From Kineosporiaceae bacterium (lineage in GTDB: Bacteria; Actinomycetota; Actinomycetes; Actinomycetales; Kineosporiaceae): a stretch of DNA of 64,000 nucleotides. A program made the translations under genes and the position numbers. The notes under the pieces are model-generated. The model saw only the letters and a list, made by a program, of their open reading frames with translations, was not told where the DNA came from and searched no databases. The stretch lies in the NCBI GenBank assembly GCA_036518955.1, contig DATDMG010000234.1:12767-76766 (forward strand), in the 5' to 3' direction. Every line of letters starts with the position of its first letter. The first letter of the stretch is position 1. Below, one piece after another: positions 20,865 to 29,258 of the stretch.

Positions 20865-21385
20865 CGCGGTCCCTCCGTCGGCCACAGGTGCAGGGCCGCG
20901 GCCACCCGGTCGGCCACCTCGCGAGGGGTCAACCCGTCCGTCGCCACCGTCGCCGTCGCGACCCTCGCGTACACCGGACGCCGTGCCTGCATCAACGTCG
21001 ACCACTGCGCCCGGGGACTGCCCAGCAGCAGCGGCCGGTCCCGGGTCAGACCGATCCGCTGCATCGCGTCGTGCAGCTGGACGTCGAGGAAGACGACCGG
21101 GTGCCCGGCCAGGTCCTGCTCGGTGAGCCGGTTCATCACGGCACCGGCACCGAGGGCCAGCACGCCGTCGTGCTCGGCGAGCGCCCGGGCCACCGCGGCC
21201 CGCTCCCGCTCCCGGAAGGCGGGCTCGCCGTCGTCCACGAAGATCTCGGGGACCGGCTTGCCGGCGGCCTGTTCGACGTCGGCGTCGGTGTCCCGTACCT
21301 CCAGGCCGAGCCGCTCCGCGAGCAGGTGCGCCACGGTCGTCTTGCCCACGCCGGGCGGCCCGATCAGCACCACGCGGGGGCTCAC
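20861..21385 (-). CDS. aroK: Shikimate kinase
   Basis: P-loop [14 protein letters not shown] 21385 overlaps the aroC stop (GTGA). Confidence 0.94.
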   Translation of the reverse strand: MSPRVVLIGPPGVGKTTVAHLLAERLGLEVRDTDADVEQAAGKPVPEIFVDDGEPAFRERERAAVARALAEHDGVLALGAGAVMNRLTEQDLAGHPVVFLDVQLHDAMQRIGLTRDRPLLLGSPRAQWSTLMQARRPVYARVATATVATDGLTPREVADRVAAALHLWPTEGPR

Positions 21386-22602
21386 CGAGCCCCCCGTTCG
21401 CCGGCAGGCCGGCTCCGCTGCAGCGCCGGGACGGCCTCGAGGTAGCCGCGCAGGTTCCGGGCCGTCTCCGCGACGCCGTCACCACCGAACTTCTCCACCA
21501 GCGCATCCGCCAGCACGAGCGCGACCATCGCCTCGGCGACGACACCGGCCGCCGGGACGGCGCACGCGTCCGACCGCTGGTTGATCGCGACCGCCGGCTC
21601 ACCGGTCGCCACGTCGACGGTGTCGAGCGCCCGGGGGACGGTCGCGATCGGCTTCATCGCGGCACGGACCCGCAGGACCTCCCCGGTGCTCATCCCGCCC
21701 TCGGTGCCCCCGGCCCGACCGCTACGCCGGTGGATCGCCCCGTCCGGACCGCGCGCCATCTCGTCGTGCGCGGCGGAGCCGCGCCGGGCGGCGGTGGTGA
21801 AGCCGTCACCCACCTCGACACCCTTGATCGCCTGGATCCCCATCAGGGCTCCGGCGAGCCGGGCGTCCAAGCGCCGGTCCCAGTGCACGTGGCTGCCCAG
21901 CCCGGGCGGGAGTCCGTAACCGAGCACCTCGACGACGCCGCCGATCGTGTCGCCGTCCCGCCGGCAGTCGTCGATCTCGGCGACCATCGCCGCGCTGGTG
22001 GCGGCGTCGAAGCAGCGGACCGGGTCGGCATCGAGGGTCTTGACGTCGTCCGGGGCCGGCGACGGCGCACCGGCGGGGAGCGCGACCGGGCCGATCGCCA
22101 CCGTGTGGCTGACCAACCGGATGCCGGCCGCCTGCTCCAGCAGCGCGGCCGCCACCACACCGAGCGCGACCCGGGCGGCGGTCTCCCGGGCGGAGGCCCG
22201 TTCCAGCACCGGGCGGGCGTCGTCGAAGCCGTACTTCTGCATCCCGACGAGGTCGGCGTGCCCGGGCCGGGGCCGGGTGAGCGGGGCGTTCCTGGCCTGC
22301 TCCAGGAGCAGTCGGGAGTCGACGGGGTCCGCCGACATCACCGTCTCCCACTTCGGCCACTCGGAGTTGCCGACCTCGATCGCGACCGGCCCCCCCTGGG
22401 TCAGACCGTGCCGGACCCCGCCGATGAACCGGACGGCGTCCTGCTCGAACGTCATCCGCGCCCCGCGGCCGTGGCCGAGCCGGCGCCGCGCCAGCGCCAC
22501 CCGGACGTCGTCCGTGGTCAGCCGGACCCCGGCGGGCACCCCCTCGAGCACGCCGACCAGCGCCGGGCCGTGCGACTCACCTGCGGTCAGCCAGCGAAGC
22601 AT
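21382..22602 (-). CDS. aroC: Chorismate synthase
   Basis: [25 protein letters not shown]..., full length, ATG start. Confidence 0.96.
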   Translation of the reverse strand: MLRWLTAGESHGPALVGVLEGVPAGVRLTTDDVRVALARRRLGHGRGARMTFEQDAVRFIGGVRHGLTQGGPVAIEVGNSEWPKWETVMSADPVDSRLLLEQARNAPLTRPRPGHADLVGMQKYGFDDARPVLERASARETAARVALGVVAAALLEQAAGIRLVSHTVAIGPVALPAGAPSPAPDDVKTLDADPVRCFDAATSAAMVAEIDDCRRDGDTIGGVVEVLGYGLPPGLGSHVHWDRRLDARLAGALMGIQAIKGVEVGDGFTTAARRGSAAHDEMARGPDGAIHRRSGRAGGTEGGMSTGEVLRVRAAMKPIATVPRALDTVDVATGEPAVAINQRSDACAVPAAGVVAEAMVALVLADALVEKFGGDGVAETARNLRGYLEAVPALQRSRPAGERGAR

Positions 22603-22645
22603 GACCCGAATCCTATGAGGCCGGCCGTCGGACCGGCGCCGGCGG

Positions 22646-23527
22646 TCAGGCCACCTGGATCACCTGGCCCGGGCAGACCTGCCGCGCCGTCCCCCGGTAG
22701 GTGACGTCGGCGCAGGTGGCCCCGTTCGAGGGGTGCGTCCCGACATAGCTGAACGACGTCGCGAAGGTGTCACCGACGGCTGGGGTGTAGAGAACCTGGT
22801 TGACCCAGAACTCCGGCAGCGAGCCGCCGGTCCAACCGTAGAGGCCGAGGTAGACGGTGGTCGCGGTCGTCGTCGCGGTCGTGGTGGTGGTGACCGTCGT
22901 GGTGGCGGTGACCGTCGCGGTGCTGGTCGCCGTCCGGGTGACCGTGCCGGCCACCCCGACGATGCCGGTGACGCCCGAGGGCCCGGCCGCGCCGGTCGCG
23001 GCGCCGCCCGAAGCCGCCCCGCTGCCGGCCGTCGGCCTCCCGCGCGTCGAGGCGGCGGCCCCACCTGCGGCACCCCCACCCCCGAGGCGGCCGAACGGGT
23101 TGGGGGTGGCCGTCGGCTCCGCGGTCGGCACCGAGGCGGGCTGCGGGGCGGAGGGCGAGGCGGACGCCGACCGGGGCACCCGCGGGGAGCGGACCGTGAC
23201 GGGGCCCGCGTCGTCCGAGGACGACCGGGTCAGCAGGTAACCGCCCGCACCGGCCAGGACGACGGCGAAGGCCGCGACCGCGGCCAGCGCCGCCCGCCCG
23301 CCCGGAAGCCCGCCCGCCGGGAGCCGGCCCCTGCCGACGCGGCCGGCCCCCGGGCCGCCCAGGCTGATCACCGGCCGGCCGGCCAGGCCCACGTCGCCCG
23401 GTGCCGAGGGCTCCCCGGGCCCGGCGGGTGCGCCGCCCCGGGCGTCGTCCGGGTGGGTGGAGCGGTCGCGTGGCGTCGGCGGCAGGGCCGAGCCGCGTCG
23501 GAACGGCCGGGAGAGAGTGGCCATCAC
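22646..23527 (-). CDS. Hypothetical single-pass membrane protein: Pro/Gly-rich cytoplasmic head, one TM, Ala/Gly/Thr-rich linker, and a roughly 65-aa two-Cys C-terminal domain. It is the last gene of the pilMNO unit.
   Basis: The start (GTG 23527 or ATG 23524) overlaps the pilO stop. TM segment is [21 protein letters not shown]. Linker [30 protein letters not shown]. Tail [70 protein letters not shown] recognise no family. Confidence 0.7.
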   Translation of the reverse strand: MMATLSRPFRRGSALPPTPRDRSTHPDDARGGAPAGPGEPSAPGDVGLAGRPVISLGGPGAGRVGRGRLPAGGLPGGRAALAAVAAFAVVLAGAGGYLLTRSSSDDAGPVTVRSPRVPRSASASPSAPQPASVPTAEPTATPNPFGRLGGGGAAGGAAASTRGRPTAGSGAASGGAATGAAGPSGVTGIVGVAGTVTRTATSTATVTATTTVTTTTTATTTATTVYLGLYGWTGGSLPEFWVNQVLYTPAVGDTFATSFSYVGTHPSNGATCADVTYRGTARQVCPGQVIQVA

Positions 23528-24300
23528 CGGCTCCCCGCCGCCGGCGCCGCCGAGCCGCTCGTGGCCCCCGGACCGCTGGAGCCCGACGAGCCCGGCAACG
23601 CGAACACGTCCCCGACGAGGCTGAGCTTCACCCCGCTCGAGGTCCCGTAGCCGCCGTCCTGGTCGATCTGCAGGTTCGTGATCAGAATGGCCCGGGCCAT
23701 CTCGGTCTGCAGCCGTCGCACGAAGCCCACCACCTGGTAGTAGTCACCGCCCACCGCGATCGACAGCGGGACGACGACGACGCCGGCCCGGGCCTTCGCG
23801 CCCGGCGCCGCGGAGCCTCCCGCCGATGCTGCCGTCGCCACCGACGCACCGGGCCCACCGGGCCCACCGGAACCGCCGGACCCACCCGAACCACCGGAAC
23901 CGCCGGACCCGGTCGACCCGGCCGGACCCGCTGCGGAGGCGACACCGGAGGCCAGCGCGGTCGCGGCCTGCGGCATGATGCTCACCAGTTCGGTGCCCGC
24001 CTCGGTCGCCATGGTGTTGATCGAGCGGACGAGCGTCGGCAGGTCGGCGGTCGGGGTGAGCTGCTGGCGCACGGCGGCCAGCTCGGCCTGCGTCGTGGGC
24101 AGCTCGGCGTACTGCGCGCGCAGTTGCTGGATCTTCGCCCGGAGCAGTTCGTTCGACTGCTGCGCGGTCTGCTGCTGGGCGCGCAGGTCCGCGGCGTCCC
24201 CCCGGCGGGGGGCGATCAACCCGAACCAGGTCGCGAGCACCAGGACGGTGCAGGCCAGGGCGGCCCCGGCCGACCACTTCGCGCTTCGGCTGCCCAGCAC
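23524..24300 (-). CDS. pilO: Type IV pilus assembly protein PilO-like
   Basis: Track ORF start 24363 would overlap pilN by 62 nt. I prefer GTG 24300, 1 nt after the pilN stop. Architecture: TM (AALACTVLVLATWFGLI), coiled coil (LRAQQQTAQQSNELLRAKIQQLRAQYAEL), C-terminal alpha/beta domain. Position after pilM-pilN supports the call. Confidence 0.75.
   Translation of the reverse strand: MLGSRSAKWSAGAALACTVLVLATWFGLIAPRRGDAADLRAQQQTAQQSNELLRAKIQQLRAQYAELPTTQAELAAVRQQLTPTADLPTLVRSINTMATEAGTELVSIMPQAATALASGVASAAGPAGSTGSGGSGGSGGSGGSGGPGGPGASVATAASAGGSAAPGAKARAGVVVVPLSIAVGGDYYQVVGFVRRLQTEMARAILITNLQIDQDGGYGTSSGVKLSLVGDVFALPGSSGSSGPGATSGSAAPAAGSR
23847..23927 (-). repeat. 9-bp periodic Gly/Ser/Pro-coding tract inside pilO
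   Basis: Plus strand caccgggcc caccgggcc caccggaac cgccggacc cacccgaac caccggaac cgccggacc ... It encodes GSTGSGGSGGSGGSGGSGGPGGPG. Confidence 0.85.
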
Positions 24301-24301
24301 G

Positions 24302-25036
24302 TCAGCTCGCCTTCCGGTCGTAGCGGTGGGACAGCGCGGCGGGGACGACGACCGCCGAGCCACTGAAGGTGATCTCCGGGCCGGCGGAGGCCGCCGGGCT
24401 CGACGGACCGTCCCCCGACGCCGCCGGGCGGCTGCCCCCGCGGACGGCGGAGGTCAGCCCTGATCCGGCCAGGCCGTGCACCTGGTCGGTATCCTCGAGC
24501 CAGGCGGCGACGTCGGTGAACTTCAGCGCGGTCCCCTGCACCGTGACGGTGCCGAGCCCGGCGGGCGTCAGCGGCGCGTCGGACGACTTGCCGTCCATCG
24601 TGATCGTGACCTGGGTGAGCTCGGTGCCCGGTGGCGTGTTCACGGCGAGGTCGGCCAGGAACCGGTACCAGGCGACGTCGTTGGCGAGGGCCGCCTCCCG
24701 GGCCGCCTTGACGTGGTCCAGCTCGGCCAGCGTCGTGGGCACGCCGGCGTACCGGGCCTGCTGTGCCTGCAGCCGTCCCCCCTCGGCCTGGATGATCGCC
24801 AGGTCGCTCCGGGCCCGGGCGACACCGGCCTGGGCCCACACCACCCCGAGCCCGCACAGCGCGGCCACGACGAGTGCCACCGCGGCCAGCCGCCGCTGCA
24901 CGGCCCGGAACCTGCGCGCGTCGACGATCTCGGGCGGGAGCAGGTCGACCTGCGGCACCGGCGCCCAGGAGGCATCCCGGACGGGCGCCGGGGGCTCCGG
25001 GGCGGGAGCGTCGGGCACCATGGTCGAGGTGGTCAT
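24302..25036 (-). CDS. pilN: Type IV pilus assembly protein PilN
   Basis: ATG 25036 overlaps the pilM stop (ATGA). The conserved cytoplasmic PilM-binding motif region is VDLLPPEI, followed by a TM (LAAVALVVAALCGLGVVW) and a coiled coil. Confidence 0.8.
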   Translation of the reverse strand: MTTSTMVPDAPAPEPPAPVRDASWAPVPQVDLLPPEIVDARRFRAVQRRLAAVALVVAALCGLGVVWAQAGVARARSDLAIIQAEGGRLQAQQARYAGVPTTLAELDHVKAAREAALANDVAWYRFLADLAVNTPPGTELTQVTITMDGKSSDAPLTPAGLGTVTVQGTALKFTDVAAWLEDTDQVHGLAGSGLTSAVRGGSRPAASGDGPSSPAASAGPEITFSGSAVVVPAALSHRYDRKAS

Positions 25037-26082
25037 CGGATGCCTCCCATCGCCAGGCCGACCGGGACGGCGGACAGCGGGCGGACGAAGTCCAGCTGCG
25101 CACGCCCCAGGCCGGTGTCCCCGATCCGCAGGTTGGCCATCGGGTCACCGGCGACCACCGGCAACCGGACCTCGGCCCCGAGACGGTCCAGCAGGCCCTC
25201 CAACCGGGACCCCCCACCGGTGACGAGGAGACGCTGCACCTTGATCGACGGGTTGGTCGCCGCGAAGTAGTCCAGCGAGTTGGACACCTCGTCGACGAAA
25301 TCCTGCACGGTCGCGCCGACGGTCTGCTTCAGGACCTCGGACTCGCTCTCGGCGGCGTGGGTGAACTGCTGCTTCATCGCCTCGGCCTGCGGCATCGGCA
25401 CCCCCAGCGCGGAAGCGACCGCATCGGTGACGTCCTGGCCACCCATCGGCAGGATCCGGACGAACAGCGGGACACCCGCCTGGTGGACCACGATGTTGGT
25501 GATCCGGGCGCCGACGTCGATCAGGGCCTCGGTGTCGACGTCCACCCCCTGCTGGCGCCCCAACGACCGGAGCACCGCGAACGACGTCAGGTCGACGGAC
25601 CGCACCGACAGACCGGCCTGCTCCGCGCACCGGACGTTGGCCAGCACCATCGCGCGGGACGCCGCGACGAGCAGGCCGCTGAGCATCCGGGCGCCCTCGG
25701 GCCCGGTCGTCTCGGAGAGGGGGAAGAAGTCCAGGACGGAGTCGCTCACCTCCATCGGCAGGAACTCCGAGACGTGGAAGGCCAGGCTGTCGCGCAGCTC
25801 GGACACCTCCATCCAGGGCAACTCGACGCGCCGCACGATCACCCGCTGGTTGGCGACGCCGAGCACGACCTTGGTGTGCCTGAACCCGGTGGCCCGCCAG
25901 AGTTCCCGCAGGCAGGCGATCACCGGCTCGGGCTGCATCACCTCACCGTCGTGGACGACGTCCGGCGGGAGCACGACCTGCCCGAACCGCTCGAGGGTGA
26001 TCCCGGCGCGACCGTAGGAGAGCTCGACCGCGCGCACCACCGAGGTGCCGACGTCGAGCCCGATGGCCGTGCGTGCCGCCAT
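25033..26082 (-). CDS. pilM: Type IV pilus assembly ATPase-fold protein PilM (actin-like)
   Basis: MAARTAIGLDVGTSVVRAVEL... with later IDVGARITNIVV and LLVTGGGSRLEGL (actin/FtsA-like phosphate motifs). GGTGGAGGGAG SD upstream. Confidence 0.9.
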   Translation of the reverse strand: MAARTAIGLDVGTSVVRAVELSYGRAGITLERFGQVVLPPDVVHDGEVMQPEPVIACLRELWRATGFRHTKVVLGVANQRVIVRRVELPWMEVSELRDSLAFHVSEFLPMEVSDSVLDFFPLSETTGPEGARMLSGLLVAASRAMVLANVRCAEQAGLSVRSVDLTSFAVLRSLGRQQGVDVDTEALIDVGARITNIVVHQAGVPLFVRILPMGGQDVTDAVASALGVPMPQAEAMKQQFTHAAESESEVLKQTVGATVQDFVDEVSNSLDYFAATNPSIKVQRLLVTGGGSRLEGLLDRLGAEVRLPVVAGDPMANLRIGDTGLGRAQLDFVRPLSAVPVGLAMGGIR

Positions 26083-26271
26083 GAACCGCTCCCTCCACCT
26101 CGCGGTCCCAGCTGCGGGGCCGTCGGTGTGGGAATCGGGCGAGCGGCGTCGGCACTTGAGCCGTTCGGCGGTGCCCGAGGTCAGGCGATCGGGGGAGCGC
26201 CCGAGCCGCGTGCCGGCGGGACGTGTCCGGTGAACCAGCGCGCAGGCCGCATCCGGTTCGTCGTCACGGTC

Positions 26272-27087
26272 CTAGGCGAGCCCGCTGGTGCGCAGGTACC
26301 AGTGGGCGACCGGTGCACCCGCGAGGACGCCGAGCCAGGCGCCGGCGATCAGGTACGGCCCGTACGGGATCGCCGTCCGCAGCCCGCTGCGCCGGGTGGC
26401 GAGCACGACGGCGCCGCCCACCCCGCCCACGGCGAACCCGAGGAACGCCCCCACCGCGAGCGCGGACCAGCCGAGCCAGCCCAGGTACATCCCCAGCACG
26501 CCGGCGAGCCGGACGTCCCCGTAACCCATCCCGGCCGGGTGGACCAGGTGCAGGAGCCGGTAGAGCCCCCACAGCACGGCCCCGCCGGCGAGGGCCCGGA
26601 CCGCCGCCGTTCGGTCGTGTGCGGCCCAGCTCGCCGCACCGAGGAGCACCGCGGAGACCGGGTAGGCCGGCGCGACGATCGTGAACGGCAGCCGGAAGGT
26701 GTCCTGGTCGATGACGGCGAGCGCGATCGACACCGCGGCCAGGTACAGGAAGGCCGGTAGCGCCCACGCCGTCCCGGGCCGGTGCAGGGCCCAGCCGGTC
26801 ACCCCCGCGAAGGCCAGCGCGGTGACCGCCTCGACGGCCGGGTAGCGCACGGCGATCCGGGCGCCGCAGCACCGTGCGCGCCCGCGCAGCATCAACCAGC
26901 CGAGGAGGGGGACGTTGTCCCGCGCGGCGATCGGCGAGCCGCACGCCGGGCACCGGCTCCGGGGCCGGACGACCGACTCCCCGGCCGGCACGCGTGCGAT
27001 GACGACGTTCAGGAACGACCCCACCGCCAGCCCGACCGGAACGGCGAACGGCACCAGGAGGCCGGACGCCGGCACCAGATCAACCAT
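26272..27087 (-). CDS. pilD: A24-family prepilin peptidase / N-methyltransferase
   Basis: N-terminal Cys motif RCPACGSPI...RCCGARI. Polytopic membrane body with MGYGDVRLAGVLG and IPYGPYLIAG (two catalytic Asp regions). Confidence 0.92.
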   Translation of the reverse strand: MVDLVPASGLLVPFAVPVGLAVGSFLNVVIARVPAGESVVRPRSRCPACGSPIAARDNVPLLGWLMLRGRARCCGARIAVRYPAVEAVTALAFAGVTGWALHRPGTAWALPAFLYLAAVSIALAVIDQDTFRLPFTIVAPAYPVSAVLLGAASWAAHDRTAAVRALAGGAVLWGLYRLLHLVHPAGMGYGDVRLAGVLGMYLGWLGWSALAVGAFLGFAVGGVGGAVVLATRRSGLRTAIPYGPYLIAGAWLGVLAGAPVAHWYLRTSGLA

Positions 27088-27138
27088 GACGCCGAGAGGC
27101 TACCGCACCGGCAGGACACGCCACCCTCGGTGAGACCG

Positions 27139-28614
27139 TCACTGGCCGGTCGTCTCTCGCGTGTTCCTCGTGGCGGCGTCGATCAGGTCCGCCGGCGCGT
27201 TCCACTTCTGGCTGGTCGAGCCGTCGCACACCTCCGGCACGATGGTCGACCACTGCGGCAGGCCGGCGTCGGGCGGGCCGAGGTCCATGCAGCGACCGAG
27301 GTAGTCGATCACGTTGTAGCTGGTGGCGTACACCCCGGTGTCGCCGGACAGCGTCCACCTCTGGTCGGCCTGCCCGGTGACGCAGGGCTGCAGCACGATG
27401 TAGGCCCCGGTGGTGACCGGCGAGGTCACGCAGTAGGTCGAATTGGAGATCAGGTGACCGGTGCCGGCGTCGTAGCTGAGCTGCTGGTTCCACTTCGGGG
27501 GCGCCGTGGGGTCCTGCTTGCAGGGCCAGTCGATCAGGTACGTGGCGGTGACGTGCTGGCCGGTGACGTCGAAACAGCGACCGAACTCCCGGTAGTTGAC
27601 GAACTGGTTCTGGTTCGGCCCGGCGTCGCCCGCTCCCACCTCCGCCGCCGGTTCCCAGGTGTACTGCCGGTCGTAGCTGGTGTTGCAGGCCGAGGCGTTC
27701 GCGACCAGATGGGAGCCGGAGGTGTTGTCGGTCTGGATCATCATGCAGACGCCGCCGTTCCAGGGCCACCGGAAGTGCGCGGTGCCGTCGAAGCCCCACT
27801 TCTGACTGTCACTGTCGTCGCACGACCGCATCACCAGGGTCGGCTTGGCGGGGTCGTAGGTGACGCACATCCCGGCCGGCGTCGCCGTGGTCTGCGTCGC
27901 GGTGAGCACGATCGAGAAGTTGGTCTGGTAGGCGAACACCTGGGCGGCGGACGTGGAGTCGCAGGTCGTCACGTTGAGCGGGGCGTCCGCGACCGGCGTC
28001 GAGCTCATGGCGTCGAAGCACAGTGCCAGGTTGCCGCCGGTCCCGCCGTACATGTTCTTGATCAGGCCGCCCGCGAGATGGGCGTTGGTCACCCTGATCG
28101 TGTAGACGGCCTCGAGGCTGCGGTTGCCGCTGGCGGGCGACGTCCCGGCCGCGCTGTCGCCGCTGCCCTTCGCCTCCATCAGAGCGTACCGGGGCACCTG
28201 TTGGGGACCGTAGCCGGAGACGCACGGCAGCGCGTTCGCCGTCCGCCAGGCGGCCGCGGTGTTGGCCGGGTCGGCGATGTAGTACCGGATGATGACGCTG
28301 TAGCCGACGTTGCCGGCCTCGCCGCCGACCGTACCGGTGATCGTGCCGCAGGGCAGCTTCGAACGGTCCCCGCGCAGCACACCGAGAGCGTCCGCCGTGG
28401 TGGCCGCCTTGATCTGGCTCTGTGCCACGTTGATCCCCGCCTCGGCGGCGTGCAGGGTGCGGGCCAGCTTGCGCTCCCGGATCGTCGGGGCGGCCTGGGA
28501 GATCACCATTCCCAGCAGCAGCAGGCTGATCGCGGCCGCGATCATGATCAACAACAGGACCATCAGCAGCGCGGCGCCGTCCTCGTTGCGGCGGGCCGCG
28601 CGCAGGCGTCGCAT
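27139..28614 (-). CDS. PilX-like minor pilin fused to two tandem ricin-type (CBM13-like) beta-trefoil lectin domains
   Basis: Trimmed to ATG 28614, 7 nt after the upstream stop; GTG 28620 is also possible. N-terminus MRRLRAARRNEDGAALLMVLLLIMIAAAISLLLLG...AAEAGINVA resembles the PilX N-domain. The C-terminal roughly 330 aa hold six Cys..Cys..QxW-type sub-repeats (AAQVFAY, SQKWGF, RQYTWE, PPKWNQ, DQRWTL, SQKWNA). Confidence 0.75.
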   Translation of the reverse strand: MRRLRAARRNEDGAALLMVLLLIMIAAAISLLLLGMVISQAAPTIRERKLARTLHAAEAGINVAQSQIKAATTADALGVLRGDRSKLPCGTITGTVGGEAGNVGYSVIIRYYIADPANTAAAWRTANALPCVSGYGPQQVPRYALMEAKGSGDSAAGTSPASGNRSLEAVYTIRVTNAHLAGGLIKNMYGGTGGNLALCFDAMSSTPVADAPLNVTTCDSTSAAQVFAYQTNFSIVLTATQTTATPAGMCVTYDPAKPTLVMRSCDDSDSQKWGFDGTAHFRWPWNGGVCMMIQTDNTSGSHLVANASACNTSYDRQYTWEPAAEVGAGDAGPNQNQFVNYREFGRCFDVTGQHVTATYLIDWPCKQDPTAPPKWNQQLSYDAGTGHLISNSTYCVTSPVTTGAYIVLQPCVTGQADQRWTLSGDTGVYATSYNVIDYLGRCMDLGPPDAGLPQWSTIVPEVCDGSTSQKWNAPADLIDAATRNTRETTGQ

Positions 28615-28621
28615 CGTCACG

Positions 28622-29257
28622 TCAGGGCCTCCCTGCCTGCTGGCAGACCTGGGTGTCGCTGATCCCGTCACCGTCGACGTCCGGGTTGGTGGTGGTGGTG
28701 GTGTCCGTGTTCCGGGCCACCACCAGCCCGCTGACCTGGGCGCTACCGGCCGAGCCGTTCGTCACGGCGAGGAAGAACGCCACCCGCTGGCGGCCGTAGG
28801 TGCTGTCCGCCGGCGACATCGTGAACGGCTGCTGGGTGCTCGCACCGTCCGTCACGCCGGTGGCGACGGTCTCCCAGTCGGAGACCGTCGGGCTCGCCAC
28901 GTCGTCCCACGTCCGCCGTTGCAGCAGGTGCGTGCCGCCCGCCATCCGCCACTGCGTGCACAGCGGGGTCGAGGTCCCCGTCGCCGTGGTGCGGAACTCC
29001 AGGTACCACGTGGTGCCGACCAGGACCGGCCGGTTCACCTCGGACGCGACCCGCGCCGTCCGCTCGAATCGGTCGTAGGCGCGTCGCGCCTGGTCGGCGG
29101 AGTTGCTGACGTTCTGCACCCGACTGGTGTCCTTCGTCATCTGGATCACGCCGCCCATGAACACCGCGATGAGGACCGCCATCAGGCTCATCGCCACGAT
29201 CATCTCGATCAGGGTGAACCCGCCGTCCCCACCGGCCGCCGACCTCTGGTGCGCCAT
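28622..29257 (-). CDS. Minor pilin with prepilin-type N-terminal cleavage/methylation motif (PilW/PulJ-like)
   Basis: MAHQRSAAGGDG|GFTLIEMIVAMSLMAVLIAVFMGG is a class III signal peptide with Glu at +5. The stop lies 7 nt from the next gene's start. Confidence 0.85.
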   Translation of the reverse strand: MAHQRSAAGGDGGFTLIEMIVAMSLMAVLIAVFMGGVIQMTKDTSRVQNVSNSADQARRAYDRFERTARVASEVNRPVLVGTTWYLEFRTTATGTSTPLCTQWRMAGGTHLLQRRTWDDVASPTVSDWETVATGVTDGASTQQPFTMSPADSTYGRQRVAFFLAVTNGSAGSAQVSGLVVARNTDTTTTTNPDVDGDGISDTQVCQQAGRP

Positions 29258-29258
29258 C

